This document shows, one piece after another, positions 21,560 through 33,227 of a stretch of 64,000 nucleotides of DNA. The first letter of the stretch is position 1. The number at the start of each line of letters is the position of its first letter. This DNA is from Trypanosoma brucei. Its lineage: Eukaryota. The notes beneath the pieces are model-generated. The model saw nothing but the letters and a program-made list of their open reading frames with translations, did no database searches and was not told the origin of the DNA. The stretch covers positions 2,592,001 through 2,656,000 of the forward strand of contig CM000207.1 in the NCBI GenBank assembly GCA_000002445.1. The letters run 5' to 3'. The position numbers and the translations under genes are program-made.

Positions 21560-23060
21560 AAAAACTAACAATCTCGTAAAGAAAGCAGCAATCAAAGAAA
21601 CTTTCTTATTTACAAGAAAACTACCACTTTCTCAATTTTCCGTTTCCTTGGCATCTTCAATATCTTTACCCTTTCTCTACACGCAAACAGATTTTTCTTT
21701 TTCTTTATAGACTTCTTCGCATTTGTCTTTCGAGACATATTCGGAGAATCTTACAGTTGGTGTCCCTGAATTTCCCTCTGTTGCTGTTCATGCTGCTGTG
21801 GTTTCTGCCCCTGTTTTAGGTTTTTATTTCTTTTTTGGTGGCATCATAGTTGCAGTTAGTCTCTGGACATTCTTCTTTTGTTGCGGGTGGGGACTTGCAT
21901 TTTGACTGCTCTGCTGCTGCGAGTTGTTTTTTGGCAGTTTTTGGTTGGTGGCGTGTTTTAGCGCGGCTATAGCTTGAGCTTGCTTATACGCTACCACCGT
22001 TTTCTGTGCGGCCTGTCGAGCCACCCTTTTTAGATCTTCTATTGCGCGTTGCCGCTTTTCGTGGCTAGAAATGTCAGAGATCGCGGCCTTGAGGGTGATT
22101 AGCTAGGTTATGCCCGTTCCGGTTCTTCCAATTGGTATTTGTAGTTTATACATCCGTCCTCGTTGGCAGCACTGCAGGTGTCTGCGCCTCCGGCGCCGTA
22201 GTAGTAGACTCAGTCGGCGTTTGTGCTCGCGCGTGCTCTGATTAAACTGTTGAATATGTCTTCCAGGGCTCGCAGCTGCTGTGCACTTGTTTTGGTTTTG
22301 ACTTTGTTGTGGCATTTGGCTATTACGGCCACGAACGCCGTTGGTCCGCTGGCTTCATTTGTAAACTTGTTGCTTATGGTTCCGCCCGTTGAAAGGCACG
22401 CTTCCGCTGGGGTGTTGCCCCGTTGCCGCCACAAAGGCAGACTATATCGTTGGCTAGCGACTTGCCGGCTGAGTTAGAGCCGCCGTCGCTGTTGCCGCAT
22501 GCGTCGGCTCCTGTGCTCCAGAATGTAGTTTCTCCGTTGCCTTGAGCAGCTGTCTGCTTGGCGCCAACCAAAACCGCTTTTAGCTTTGCGTTTGTTTCTG
22601 CTGCCATCTTTTCCTTTGGCAGTTCAGCAACTGCTGTCTCTATTGTGTCGATAGAAGAAAGTGCCTGAAGCTGCAACGCGTTGCGCATTTCTCGTCCAGG
22701 AAGACGTTCGAGTTTGGTCTGTTGCTTGCCAAGCTTTCGGGTTCCTAGGTCTTTTTGCAGTTTGATTCAGAGCGGTTTGTACTTTGTGTATTTGGAATCA
22801 TTTTTGTGGTCTTTGTCTTCTTCGAAGTTCCGCTTGAAAAATCCTTCATCTGCTGCCGTTAGGTTTAGGGCGATTAAAGTTTCGAGTTCATTGGCGACCG
22901 CGGTGTCTGGGTCCTTTTCTGTTGAGTCTATTCCTTCGCTGCACGCTGCGTAGAGCTGACAGAGCACAGCAAATTCTTTGAGATTCGCTCCAGCAGCTGC
23001 TTCTGCACAGTTTGATAAGAGCATCAGGCTTAGAGCAGCTAGTAAGCTGTATGCCAACAT
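21560..23060 (-). pseudogene. VSG: VSG pseudogene (multiple frameshifts)
   Basis: N-terminal ORF 22767-23060 has a signal peptide (MLAYSLLAALSLMLLSNCAEAAAG...FAVLCQL). Body pieces 22374-22688, 22210-22434, 22103-22315 and 21824-22024 follow. A GPI-signal-like tail (NKKVSLIAAFFTRL) is in another frame near 21560-21620. Confidence 0.7.
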
Positions 23061-23243
23061 ATTTTCAATAATGGCTACACTTGAAAAGCGATACTTTTTG
23101 GTATTGAAGGAGGTGGTTTCTGCTGTAGTCAGTATCGGGAAACAGTTAGTTTCTTTTGGAGTGTTTCAACTTAACTTTGAGCACGGCTGTGCTATTTATT
23201 TGGCGTTGTCCTTTCGTATTTTTCTGGTCTAGCACGTTGCTTC

Positions 23244-24300
23244 CTACCAGTTTTTGTCAATTTGATTGATTTGTTGCCTAAGGTCTGCTTTTGCTAGTGT
23301 TGATGCGCTAATAGTCATCATAGAGATACAATCACTTTTTTTCAGGCGGTTGGTCACTATTATTTTAGTTAAATTTGGTGGTTTCTCTGCAACTGTCTTG
23401 TGAATTAAGTAACGACAATCTTGCATATCTACTGTTAGCAATTCTTCAAATTTCAATTTGTTCCTTCTAACTTCCCCAACCATAATGTGTTCGTTGAGTG
23501 CTCTAAAATCAATATATGTTTCGAAATTTCTGAAATTGATTGGTGACTTTACTAATTGTTTCAAAGGTTTGTAATCGACAATTTCCTTAACCACGTCCCT
23601 AAACAGTGTGGACGTATAACCAATAGTGTGCTATGTAATTTCATCACTAAAATATTTATAATATCCAATTGCTCTGCCAATATTCAATTTGTCTCTTGAA
23701 AGCACCTTCATATATTGCAGATACAGTGGTACCCTCACGAAAATATCATCATCTGCCTTCATTATACATGGAGTACTTGGTCTGAACATTTCAAGTGCGA
23801 ATTTGAACCACAAATATGTTTTTCTGCTCACAGTGAGCTCTGCTTTTCAACCCCAATTACACGCATCTCCAATTTTTTATTCGTTGTTGGATTCACATCG
23901 CAAACAGGTAAAATAATAACATCCTGATCCACATAACCCTCTTCTCCAACAACTTCTCTAAGTTCGCAAATGTTATTTGTATGAGGTGAAAGATCATATA
24001 CTATAAGCAACTTCCCACTGAAATTATTTGACTTTCTTGCAACTTCAGGATAATTCCAACAACTTTTTCCTCTATAAATTCCGTCTGCTAAACCTCTCAC
24101 CATCATCTATTGAGGTATTCCAACTACAAACAAATAGTCTCCACTTTGCCAAATCTTCCTAAAATCTTGTGAAACAAATTTGCATACGCTTACCTTTTAC
24201 AATTTCTAGCGAAATGGTTTCGCATTCATTAATCAAGCCAATTATCGACAGCTTCAAACCAATTCCCATAGTAATAAGGACTAAATAACTCACTTTTACA
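23244..24300 (-). pseudogene. Putative UDP-sugar glycosyltransferase (beta-1,3-GalT/GT67-like) pseudogene; end approximate
   Basis: Three adjacent minus-strand ORFs (23828-24106, 23631-23831, 23244-23594) sit in different frames. They contain a DxD motif in the context PCIMKADDDIFVRVPLYLQYM, typical of the T. brucei UDP-Gal/UDP-GlcNAc-dependent glycosyltransferase family. There is no start, signal or anchor. Confidence 0.4.
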
Positions 24301-25019
24301 TAAATAATTCTTATATAATTCATAAGGTTCTGTTATCATTCTAATGATAACATTAAATATCTTAAAATTATAAAAGACTTTAAAGAGATGTCAGTTGCGA
24401 CAATAATTTGCTTAGTGAAGAAGCCATGTCTTTACACGTACAAGTGATACATTGATATTATAATGATATAGATATTGAAGGATGTACGCTCGGTGAAGAC
24501 AGTTTATCTTTCTGCATTCATCTACATTTTTCGTCTTACAAGTTACATTGAAGCACAACCACTCTTACACGCTCCATGAACCCCTACTTACATTGTTATG
24601 AAAATTGAAGTAACCAGATACGCTACTTTTCTTCACACATACTATGAATTGTACAACCTTAGCGTAGTCAATAAGCCAAATATCCGCTTTCCTAGAATTT
24701 CTATCGGCTTATCTTCTTAACTAAATTTACTATTGTTGAGGGTAATGCCGTAACTCCATTTGGTCTGCACACTAGAGTCAACCAGTCTCTAATTTTCCGC
24801 GCCATAACCACTATATGTATAAGGATGCCTATCTTCAAAGTTTCGTTTGAAGCTTCCCATATTCCATCCCTCACATCCTTTTTTCATTTCTATCAATAAT
24901 AATATTCCTTGCCTTCTTCCGCTTTCTTTCACTTTCATCCACTCACTCCTACCTCACCCTTGCCTTTATTATAGCCCCTGCTATTAAGGCCTTCCGTTTA
25001 GTATTCATTAACATTCTTT

Positions 25020-25100
25020 AACAATATTAGTATATACACACCTACAAAACACTCCTATTATTGCCATTATTATTGCTACTATCATTATCCTAATAAATAC
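25020..25100 (-). repeat. VSG-associated 70-bp repeat (single unit)
   Basis: Reads acaatattagtatatacacacctacaaaacactcctattattgccattattattgctactatcattatcc. Confidence 0.75.
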
Positions 25101-25285
25101 AGTTACGACCCCACTTGATATCCATAAAAAAATTGGAAATAAACTAAATTAATATATTACTAATTTTAATATACAATCACCCTACTACATTCCACAGACT
25201 TACCTTTATAATACAAAAATTTTACAAGTTCTTATTTTTTAAAAATTTTAATGAATTGCACGTTTTGAAAGTTTGCAATTAAAAA

Positions 25286-25301
25286 GTGTTAAGATATATC
25301 A
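25286..25301 (-). promoter_or_regulatory. VSG 3' UTR 16-mer-like element (15/16)
   Basis: The plus strand reads gtgttaagatatatca. Confidence 0.45.
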
Positions 25302-26026
25302 AATTTTATATAACTTCAGCAAATTATCTCAGAACAAAAAATTTCATAAATTTCATAAAATTGAGCGAAAAATACATAAATTTATAGAATTCTATAATTC
25401 TAGAATGCTAACAAAGTAACAAAAGCAGGAGAAATAAGAGACGATTTGTCATTGGCAATAAAACTGGGATCCTTGCACTCTTTTCCATCCCATTTACAGT
25501 TGCTGTCCTTTTCACAAGCTTGTCGATTAGTGCCATGTCTGGTGCACTTATATTTCTTCTCATCTTTCCCTCCTTCTTTTGCTGCTTCTTTTTATAATTG
25601 TTTTTTGCCTTCCCCACCCAATGTGCACTTTTTACTTTCGTTTCCTTTTAGATTGAAAACGCAGCCCCGACAGTTGAGCGGCTTTAGACGTCTGCTGGTA
25701 GGGACGGATCTGGAAGTCGTTCCTTAACTGCTGATCGTAATAATCTCCTAGCTTCGAATAACTCTCTTTTTAGATTATTTATGCTTTAAAAGCAATTCGT
25801 TTCGCGCAGCTACACTGCCACGCGCCAGCGTTAAAAACATATATTTTTAAGCCTGGCGCAACTCGAAATGCAGACCGGAAATTCACAAAAGAATAAAAAG
25901 TAGTATCGTAACAATGTAGAAATAAAATAAATAGGTGAAAAATGTGAAGGAAAAGTTGCCTACTCTCTGAAGAACCGCAAGCCATAATATAAAAAATAGC
26001 CGCTGCATCATTATTAAAAAATTTAA

Positions 26027-26125
26027 AAAGGTGAAAAGGAAAAAGTAACCCTAACCGCATGACCCTAATCCTAAGCCTAAGTCTGGAAATCCTCTCTAAC
26101 CTCCCTAACCCCTACAACTAACCTA
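26027..26125 (-). repeat. Interstitial degenerate telomere-like hexamer tract (CCCTAA on the plus strand, so TTAGGG runs 3' of the minus-strand VSG)
   Basis: Reads aaccctaaccgcatgaccctaatcctaagcctaagtc...ctaacctccctaacccctacaactaacctacc. It lies about 190-290 bp downstream of the stop of VSG 26315-27967. Confidence 0.7.
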
Positions 26126-26247
26126 CCTTCCTACACAAAAAAAGTTCGAAAAGAGAAGAAAAAAGGAAGAAATTCTTTAGCCATCAGAAAACAAAATTTT
26201 ACACGCGCAGAAATTCAAAATAAGTTAATTATTTTAAAGTTTATTCA

Positions 26248-26263
26248 GTTGTTAAAATATATC
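26248..26263 (-). promoter_or_regulatory. VSG 3' UTR conserved 16-mer (15/16)
   Basis: The plus strand reads ttgttaaaatatatca, about 55 bp 3' of the VSG stop. Confidence 0.6.
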
Positions 26264-26314
26264 AGAAGTTTTCAAATAGCAAGGAAAATTTTAAAAAGAG
26301 GGGGGTAATTTCTT

Positions 26315-27889
26315 TTAAAAAAGCAAAGCCACAAATGCAGCAGAAACCACGCTGAGGGTGAATTGTTTGCTTAGGAGGAAACTAGAATCGCGGCATTTAA
26401 CTTTGTCCTTTTCATCCTCGTTATCTTTTCCGCTTCTCCAACCACAAACTTTGGTAGTCTTACCTTCATTGGCCTTCTCACAGGTCGACTGGTCTTTATG
26501 ATCGGAGCATTTGACGCCATCGCCGGTTGTCCCTCCAGTTTGAGTTTGTGTTACAGGGATACCCTTTTCTTTAGCTTTTGTCGAATTAAATTTGCACTTT
26601 TTTGTCCCATCAGTTTTTGTTTCGTAACTGCATTTTGGATCAGCATTACATTTTTCTACCTCGGCAATGCTGTTGCAGTGGATTTGGTTTTTCGTGCTTT
26701 CATCGTCTTTTTGTTCATCTGACTTTGAAGTTTTTAGCTTTGTGTTTTCGTTTTTTAGCTGCAGTATCAGTGCGCCTTCTATCTGCTGAAACTTGTGTGT
26801 ATCGACAATGCTCCTGAGTTTAGTTTTTGCATTGACTCCGGCAATCTTCTCCGGCAGCTGCGCTTCGTTTGCCCTGTGTAGGAGATTATTTATGCTCGTG
26901 CCAGTCGGTTTTGGGAATACAGCTAGTACCGCAGTCTCAGGCTGCCCTGCTGCTCCCTCCTGTCCATTATGCAGCGTGTTGGTTATTGCTGCTTGTAGCT
27001 CGCTTGTTGCTTCCGCGCCTTCGGTTGCGTTGGGTTTCGTTTCTTGCTCTGCGCTGTCGAGGGCCTGTAGCTTGTGCCACGCATGCTGGTACATGTTTCC
27101 TGTTTTCGTCGCTGTGCTTGACCCTTTTTTGATTTCTACTGTTTTTATCTGTTTGTCGTCTTTGTTTACTACCCACAGGCCGCCGCCTAGCTCTAAGTCG
27201 GCGTCCAGTTTCGCTGCGCCGAAACCTGCGCCGTCTACTGTTAGCAATTTGCACGTTTTGTCTCCGCCGCTGCCGGCCAGATCGGCTTTGGCCGTTGTTG
27301 CGTGACTGCTCTTCCATCCGTTTGCGTCCATTACTTCATCCAGGTTTTCGTAGGTGTCGAGTACTGGTGGTTCCAGCTTCCGAGAGCAAGGTGTTTCTCC
27401 GATCTTTGCTGGGCCGTGCGCCGCTAGAGTCCCACTGTCGTCCGTCAGAAGGCATCCGTTGCTTGTTGTTTTCGCTTGCGCTAGAATGTTTAGTGCTTCG
27501 TCGGCTCGACCTTTTACGTAGATGCTGCTCGCCACGGCGTCGATTGTGGTGTCAACTAAAGTGGTCTTCAACAGATTGTCATTTAAGTCGGCGAGTCTGC
27601 TGTACCAGGCAGCTAAAACCACTGCGGCCTTGGACTCTTGCGCTTCTTCTGCCAGCAGCGCGTAAACGCCGAGTTTTGCTGCCGCGAGTCGCTGGCCTTG
27701 TGTTGTTGTTATTAATGCCCTTAGTCTTAGCTTTGAATTTGAAGGTACTTTGTTAAGAGCTTCTGCTAGTTGGCATACGGGCTGCCAAGCCGCGGCTTTG
27801 AGGCTATCGCCTGCGGCTGCTGCTGCCTTTTCCGCTGACAGTGGTAGCATAATCGCTAGCGCCGCTAGTAGCAAGCATGATAGCGTCAT
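26315..27889 (-). CDS. VSG: VSG, intact (about 524 aa from the Met that precedes the signal peptide; the ORF extends 26 codons further upstream to 27967)
   Basis: Signal peptide MTLSCLLLAALAIMLPLSAEKAAAAAG is followed by a VSG N-terminal domain. The Cys-rich C-terminal domain ends in a canonical GPI signal: KCRDSSFLLSKQFTLSVVSAAFVALLF. Confidence 0.9.
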   Translation of the reverse strand: MTLSCLLLAALAIMLPLSAEKAAAAAGDSLKAAAWQPVCQLAEALNKVPSNSKLRLRALITTTQGQRLAAAKLGVYALLAEEAQESKAAVVLAAWYSRLADLNDNLLKTTLVDTTIDAVASSIYVKGRADEALNILAQAKTTSNGCLLTDDSGTLAAHGPAKIGETPCSRKLEPPVLDTYENLDEVMDANGWKSSHATTAKADLAGSGGDKTCKLLTVDGAGFGAAKLDADLELGGGLWVVNKDDKQIKTVEIKKGSSTATKTGNMYQHAWHKLQALDSAEQETKPNATEGAEATSELQAAITNTLHNGQEGAAGQPETAVLAVFPKPTGTSINNLLHRANEAQLPEKIAGVNAKTKLRSIVDTHKFQQIEGALILQLKNENTKLKTSKSDEQKDDESTKNQIHCNSIAEVEKCNADPKCSYETKTDGTKKCKFNSTKAKEKGIPVTQTQTGGTTGDGVKCSDHKDQSTCEKANEGKTTKVCGWRSGKDNEDEKDKVKCRDSSFLLSKQFTLSVVSAAFVALLF

Positions 27890-28749
27890 TTTTTGTCTAG
27901 TGTTCCTTCTTGTATTATTTCTGGAGGCTTGAAGTGAACAAGGAGCTGTGTTTGGTGTAGAAAACATGACTTATGCCTAAGTATGCAGTGCTGGTCACAG
28001 TTATAGTCGACGTTGGTGGTGCGTTCCTTCTGCTTATGTTAGTTGCTTAGATTTTCGCCGCTTGCCCTGGCAACAGCTTAGTTTCTGCAGTCCCGCGCTT
28101 TGTTTTTTAGGTGCGTTACATAGGTTTGCGCATGGAACTGATGCCTTCTCTTTTTTACATTAGAGCTATTATTGATTGGTCCCTTTCCGCAGGTTGCTTT
28201 GCAAGTTCGAGTCGTTTACAAAATTCTAGTCAACCTTTTTGGCTTATCCATCACACATCTTCTCTATTACTGGTTATATTCAAGTGAAAATCAACGCCTA
28301 CTTCATCTTTAGACACTTGCCTCGGCGACGTTAAACATAATTTCTCCAGATAATTAACAGTTAAAGTTAATGAAATCATCTATGCAGTAGCGTATATTCA
28401 TTTTAAAGTAAAATGTGAAGAATCATCAGTGAGTCATTCTGAAGTATCACTTTTCTTTGTCTGCGCTGTTTTGATGCGTATGAACTGGTGACCACATTTG
28501 CCAGCAAACCAAACTCTGTCTTCATTTCAATATTCCTTGCTTCATCTCTTTGTATGTACGGACCACTGTCATTAATTTACTTTTTGAAACTGCGTGTATG
28601 CCATCTCACTCCATCCTTCTTTATCTTTCTGCTTTTACTTTAATATCATTGGCACATTTCTTTTCTTTTACTCCTTTACCTACTATCATTTCACCCTTAC
28701 CATCATTTTTAAACGCTTTCCTTTTTTGCCGTATAGTAAGGTATTAACA

Positions 28750-28830
28750 CCACACTTATTATAATATTCGTATATACACACTCACAATACTCTCCTGTTA
28801 TTATCATCATTATAGTCCTCACTATTGTCC
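28750..28830 (-). repeat. VSG-associated 70-bp repeat (single unit)
   Basis: Reads cttattataatattcgtatatacacactcacaatactctcctgttattatcatcattatagtcctcactattg. Confidence 0.8.
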
Positions 28831-29040
28831 ATATAATAAACATAATAAAACAAATTAGAATGACTTGCGTTTTCCGTACTTACCATTATTCTACTTTGCA
28901 CCCGTACGCCGCTTTCGTACCAAAATTTATATTTTCATAAATTTCCACGAAGTTTCACATTTCGAATGAAAAATATTAGATTGTAAAAAATTTAAGAAAT
29001 TTCAGAGAATTTTCTCAAAATAGAATATTTTTTAAATATT

Positions 29041-30591
29041 TCATAAGATTGAGAAAAGATTTTTAAAATTCGAAAATTCTACCAATCCCTTAAAAGCAGT
29101 GTCCATACTCAGAGCCATTTTCTTATCGACGAGAAAACTGGAATATTTGTAATTTTCACCTTTCCACTTACAATCCATTGATTTGCAGTCTTCTTGTTGT
29201 TTCCCTGCACATTTCTCCTCTTTAATTCCATCATCTTTTTCTTCTACTTGTTTTGGCTTGTAATCAAGATCCTTTACGCACTTCTTATTGTCGCCTTCGC
29301 CGTCCCATTTGCAGCCATCTTTGTAGTTATCTTCTGTTCCTTTCTTTTCGCACGTTTCATCTGTTTCTTGCTGCTTTTGCTCTTGGCGAACTGCAGTGCA
29401 TGCCTGTTCCCTATTATTCTGAGACACTTTACTTAGATATAGCAGTATTGTTTCGTACTGAGCATCGGTTTCGAGGTTTTCTAGTTTGTTGTAGCTGAGC
29501 TCTAGCTCCCATTCTTTCGGTAGCTTTATTGTTTCTTTGTTGACCTTGTCGAGGTATGTGTTCTTGAAACTGTCGGCATCAGATCCTATAATACCCTTTA
29601 CTTTGCTTTCAAGCGCGCTGTCGGCGTTAATCTCTTGGTTTGTTCGTCTTTTTTTCTGCAGCTTTATGTCTGTCGCTGCTTTCACTGCTTCTGATGTAAG
29701 AGCCGCTGTGTAGAGCGCTACGTGAGTTGTTGCTGGGTCATCTGCTTTATGCACGTCGAAGTCCTTCAACTTTTTTTGAGTATTTTCGAAAACGCTTTGG
29801 TCTGCCGCTGATGAAAGGTTGGTTAGTTTGGCTATTTGTATGTTGTTGGAGGTTACGTGTATGGCGCCGCCGGCAACTAAAAGCTTGTTGCCGGTATAGC
29901 CTGCTCCGGTTAGGTCCGCATCACTGGCGTGCTGTAACAATTTGCAGCATGTTTGGCTGTAGGTGGCAGCGTTGCCGAGGGTTTTGATGTTGTTAAATCC
30001 GGTAAAATCTTGTCCTCGAAGAATCGGCTTCGCCGGTGGTTCAGTTGTTACTATTTCTGTTGTTTCACAGCCTGGCAATTGTTCTGCGATCGTGGTGAAC
30101 GTTGCTGTTCCACTTAATGCGTCTTTGTTGATGATACAGTTGTTGTTGGTTGTCCCTCCCGGCGTTACGCCGGCCACTAGCGCTATAAAATCGTCGATTA
30201 TGCCGGCTGCTAGTCCTGCCTGTACCGCTAGCACAGTTCCTTTAGATGCCATGGTTAGTAATTTTCGTGTTGCTGCTTCTTGCAGCTTTTGTGCTTCAGT
30301 GGCCAGTGCGAGAGCAATTCGTGCATCATCATCGTCTGTGCGCGTCTTTGAATAGACAACCAACTTTCGGGCTAGCTGTGTTATGCTATCCGTGTAAGTC
30401 GCTTGCTGATTGAGCTTCTGCTTAACGTAAAGCGCTGTAGTTTTGAGCTGCCCTGATAGGCCGCAGAGAGGCTTAATTTCTGTGGCAAGTAGTGGGTGCT
30501 TTGACGTATGAGCTGCGGATCGGTTTGATAAAGCCCCGCAAACGGCGATCAGAATTGCCGTTCGGATACCGCTTGATTGAAGTAAAGCCAT
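29041..30591 (-). CDS. VSG: VSG, full-length ORF (516 aa) with a degenerate GPI-signal C-terminus
   Basis: Signal peptide (MALLQSSGIRTAILIAVCGALSNRSAA), N-terminal domain and Cys-rich C-terminal domain (CKWDGEG...CKWKGENYKYSSFLVDKKMALSMDTAFKGLVEFSNFKNLFSIL) are present. The tail contains charged residues, unlike functional GPI signals. Confidence 0.8.
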   Translation of the reverse strand: MALLQSSGIRTAILIAVCGALSNRSAAHTSKHPLLATEIKPLCGLSGQLKTTALYVKQKLNQQATYTDSITQLARKLVVYSKTRTDDDDARIALALATEAQKLQEAATRKLLTMASKGTVLAVQAGLAAGIIDDFIALVAGVTPGGTTNNNCIINKDALSGTATFTTIAEQLPGCETTEIVTTEPPAKPILRGQDFTGFNNIKTLGNAATYSQTCCKLLQHASDADLTGAGYTGNKLLVAGGAIHVTSNNIQIAKLTNLSSAADQSVFENTQKKLKDFDVHKADDPATTHVALYTAALTSEAVKAATDIKLQKKRRTNQEINADSALESKVKGIIGSDADSFKNTYLDKVNKETIKLPKEWELELSYNKLENLETDAQYETILLYLSKVSQNNREQACTAVRQEQKQQETDETCEKKGTEDNYKDGCKWDGEGDNKKCVKDLDYKPKQVEEKDDGIKEEKCAGKQQEDCKSMDCKWKGENYKYSSFLVDKKMALSMDTAFKGLVEFSNFKNLFSIL

Positions 30592-31264
30592 TTTTGAGTG
30601 GGTTTGTGTCCCTGCCTTGTGCTAAAGATGTTGCGGGCTCGCTTCGGACGTCTTTTCCAAAAGAGGTGGTCGGAAAATAAAAAAATTTTACCATTTGTCT
30701 TTAAACTAGCACCTGATATCGGTACTGGGCCTTGCCTTTGTTGACTGCAACTCCACTTGGCTTCACATGACAAGTATCTTCTGTATTAATCGAAGAATAT
30801 GACCTGCAGCGGCTTAAAGTAGCATCCACTACTAAAGTAAAAACCACATTTGTCATCATATCTACAGTTTCAATCATCCAATTTATAAAAAAGAGGCACC
30901 ATTTGCGCCTCTTCCTGTATCATTTTCTGTTTTGCTGTACTTTTTAGTGACATATTCTGTCACTTCATTCCATATTTTCTTTCATTTTTTTCTTCTTTCA
31001 CTGCTTCTGCTGATAATATAGCAAACTCACTTGCCTTGTGCAATACACTCTGTCTCTCTCATTATCTGCTGCATCATTTCCTATATTATTATGAAGTCTA
31101 TCGTCATATTTGTGTATGTAAATGCTCATATTACATTTTCCTCTCCCTTTTCCTGCACTTTCTTCAATATAATCAACAGTGCTCTCCCATCCATTTACAT
31201 ACATTGCGTTTTGTTATAGGCATAAGTGCCTATACTTTGTCCGTCAACTGCTGCTTAACCACCA

Positions 31265-31355
31265 CTTTTATTATAATATTGGTATACACACACTCACAAC
31301 ACTCTCCTATTATTATTATTATCATTATCATTATTATTATTATTATACTCTTTAC
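31265..31355 (-). repeat. VSG-associated 70-bp repeat with an extended (TAA/TGA)n triplet run
   Basis: Reads ttttattataatattggtatacacacactcacaacactctcctattattattattatcattatcattattattattattat. Confidence 0.85.
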
Positions 31356-31639
31356 TGTTATGACCCTAAATATTATACAAACAGAATTGGATTTTTTAAA
31401 TAACAATCATCTTTCATACCATATTATCATACTATTTTAAACCATGGGACACTGTTATTCATAGTTTACGCAAATTGAAAAAAATTCATTAACTTTCACA
31501 TTTTCATCAAAAAGTGTTAACATATAACAAAATGTAGCAATATTAATAAATTTCTCATAAAAATAGCAAATATTCATAAAATTCATAAATTTGAGTAAAT
31601 ATGTTTTTAAAAAATTGATGCTAGAAGCAAAACTGCAAG

Positions 31640-33227
31640 CAAAAGAGGTGCATTCTTTATTAGAACGGAATTTATTCCTGTAGTTTTGTGGTTTTGCCAT
31701 CTTTTCCTCCTGTTTCTTGGTTTGCTTCTTTTGCTGATTCCCTTTTGGCTTTCTCACTCAATGTGCACTTTTTGCCCTCGGCTCCATTTTCTTTGAAAAC
31801 GCACCCCTTGTGTTCCAGTTTTTTACAGGCTTCTTGGTCGTCTTTTGCTTCATTGCATTTTTGACTTGTGGCAGCCAGCTGCTTGGTGCTGTCGTCTGCA
31901 TCTCTTTGCGGAATGTTCTGCTAATTCAACGGCTCTTCGCCTGTTGCTATGTTTGCCAGTGTTGTGTTTAATGCCACCAGTGCTATTTCTAGCCTGCTTA
32001 CTTGGGTTCTTTGTTCGTTAAGTTGAGCCAATGTTGTCGCCTCGGCTTTTAGCGCTGTCATCCACTTGACGTTTTTTGCTTCTCCTGTACGCGCATCGGT
32101 TTCATACGTGACACAGACCCCGTACTGAGCGTTTGCGTTGCCGTTGCAGCTCGTTTCGCCGCCATTGTTTAGTCCGCCTAACACATTTGGGTGCTTGTTG
32201 TTTTCGCCTTTGCCTGTCATGATCAGCTGGGTTAAGTCCTCCGTTACGCTGGTTAAATGAGCTGTTGTCAGGCCCTCCTTAGATACCGGCGTCCCACAGG
32301 CCTTTTTTAGTATTTCCCAGTCTGGTTGTAGATCTTTGGCGCCGCTATTTTCGACGCTTAAGGGCGGTTTTGCTGTGGTGCAGACTGCTGGTTCTTTGTC
32401 ACCGCTTGCTTCCATAGCGCACAGACACATTATGTCTACCTTTAGAGATTTTCCAGTTAGTGTGCCCGCAGTTTTTCTGCCAGCTGAAGCTTTGCCGCAA
32501 GCTGTCTCGCGATTTGGTGACCCGCTGAGTTTTATGCTTGTTTTTTCGGCTGCTTCTCCTTCGAGCGTGTCGTTTAGAAGTCCGTTTATTTTTTTAACTG
32601 TCTGATCTAGTTCGATTTTTTTCTGTCGGCCATTGTTTTCAGAAATGCAGCGAGTGTTGTATTTAGCTTTCTGAAGATGCTTGGGCTTTTATTTGCAGAA
32701 AGCCACGTTTGAATTTCAAAATATTTGTTGTTTGTTTTGAGGTATTCGGCGCCTCGCTTGCAGAAAGGCCAGCCATACATTGAACACGTTGCGTTCGCGC
32801 TTAAACCGGCTGGAAAAACCGGTTCTTTAGTCTCCTGTGTTTGCGCTTGCGCCATAATTTCCTTGTGGTCCGAGAGGGAAACCGCCACTGCTGCTGCAAC
32901 TGTGCTTATTTCCTCCAGGTTGGCTCCAGCTGCGGGTGTTGGCAGAGTTGACTTAACTACACGAACCACTTTGCATAGGGCTGAAAAATGTGCGGCATTT
33001 AGCCCTGCGTCTGGTTTTTCCGCGGAAGCACACTTGAATCTCGTTAACAGTACGAGGGAAAATAGATTTACTGTCGTGCATATGGCGCCATGCTGTACTG
33101 GTTGCATCTGCTGCCTGCGATTTTTTGGCTTTGGCCAGAACTGTATTTTTTTTCTACTTAGGTGTTTACTTGTGACTGTCCTGTTAGTTATGGACGATAG
33201 ATAAAGGATAGAAAACTTCCTAACCAC
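31640..33227 (-). pseudogene. VSG: VSG pseudogene (frameshifted)
   Basis: N-terminal ORF 32607-33227 has a hydrophobic leader (...CTTVNLFSLVLLTRFKCASAEKP...AAHFSALCKV). Body ORF 31921-32430 follows. The C-terminal region and its 3' end are in other frames. Confidence 0.65.
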
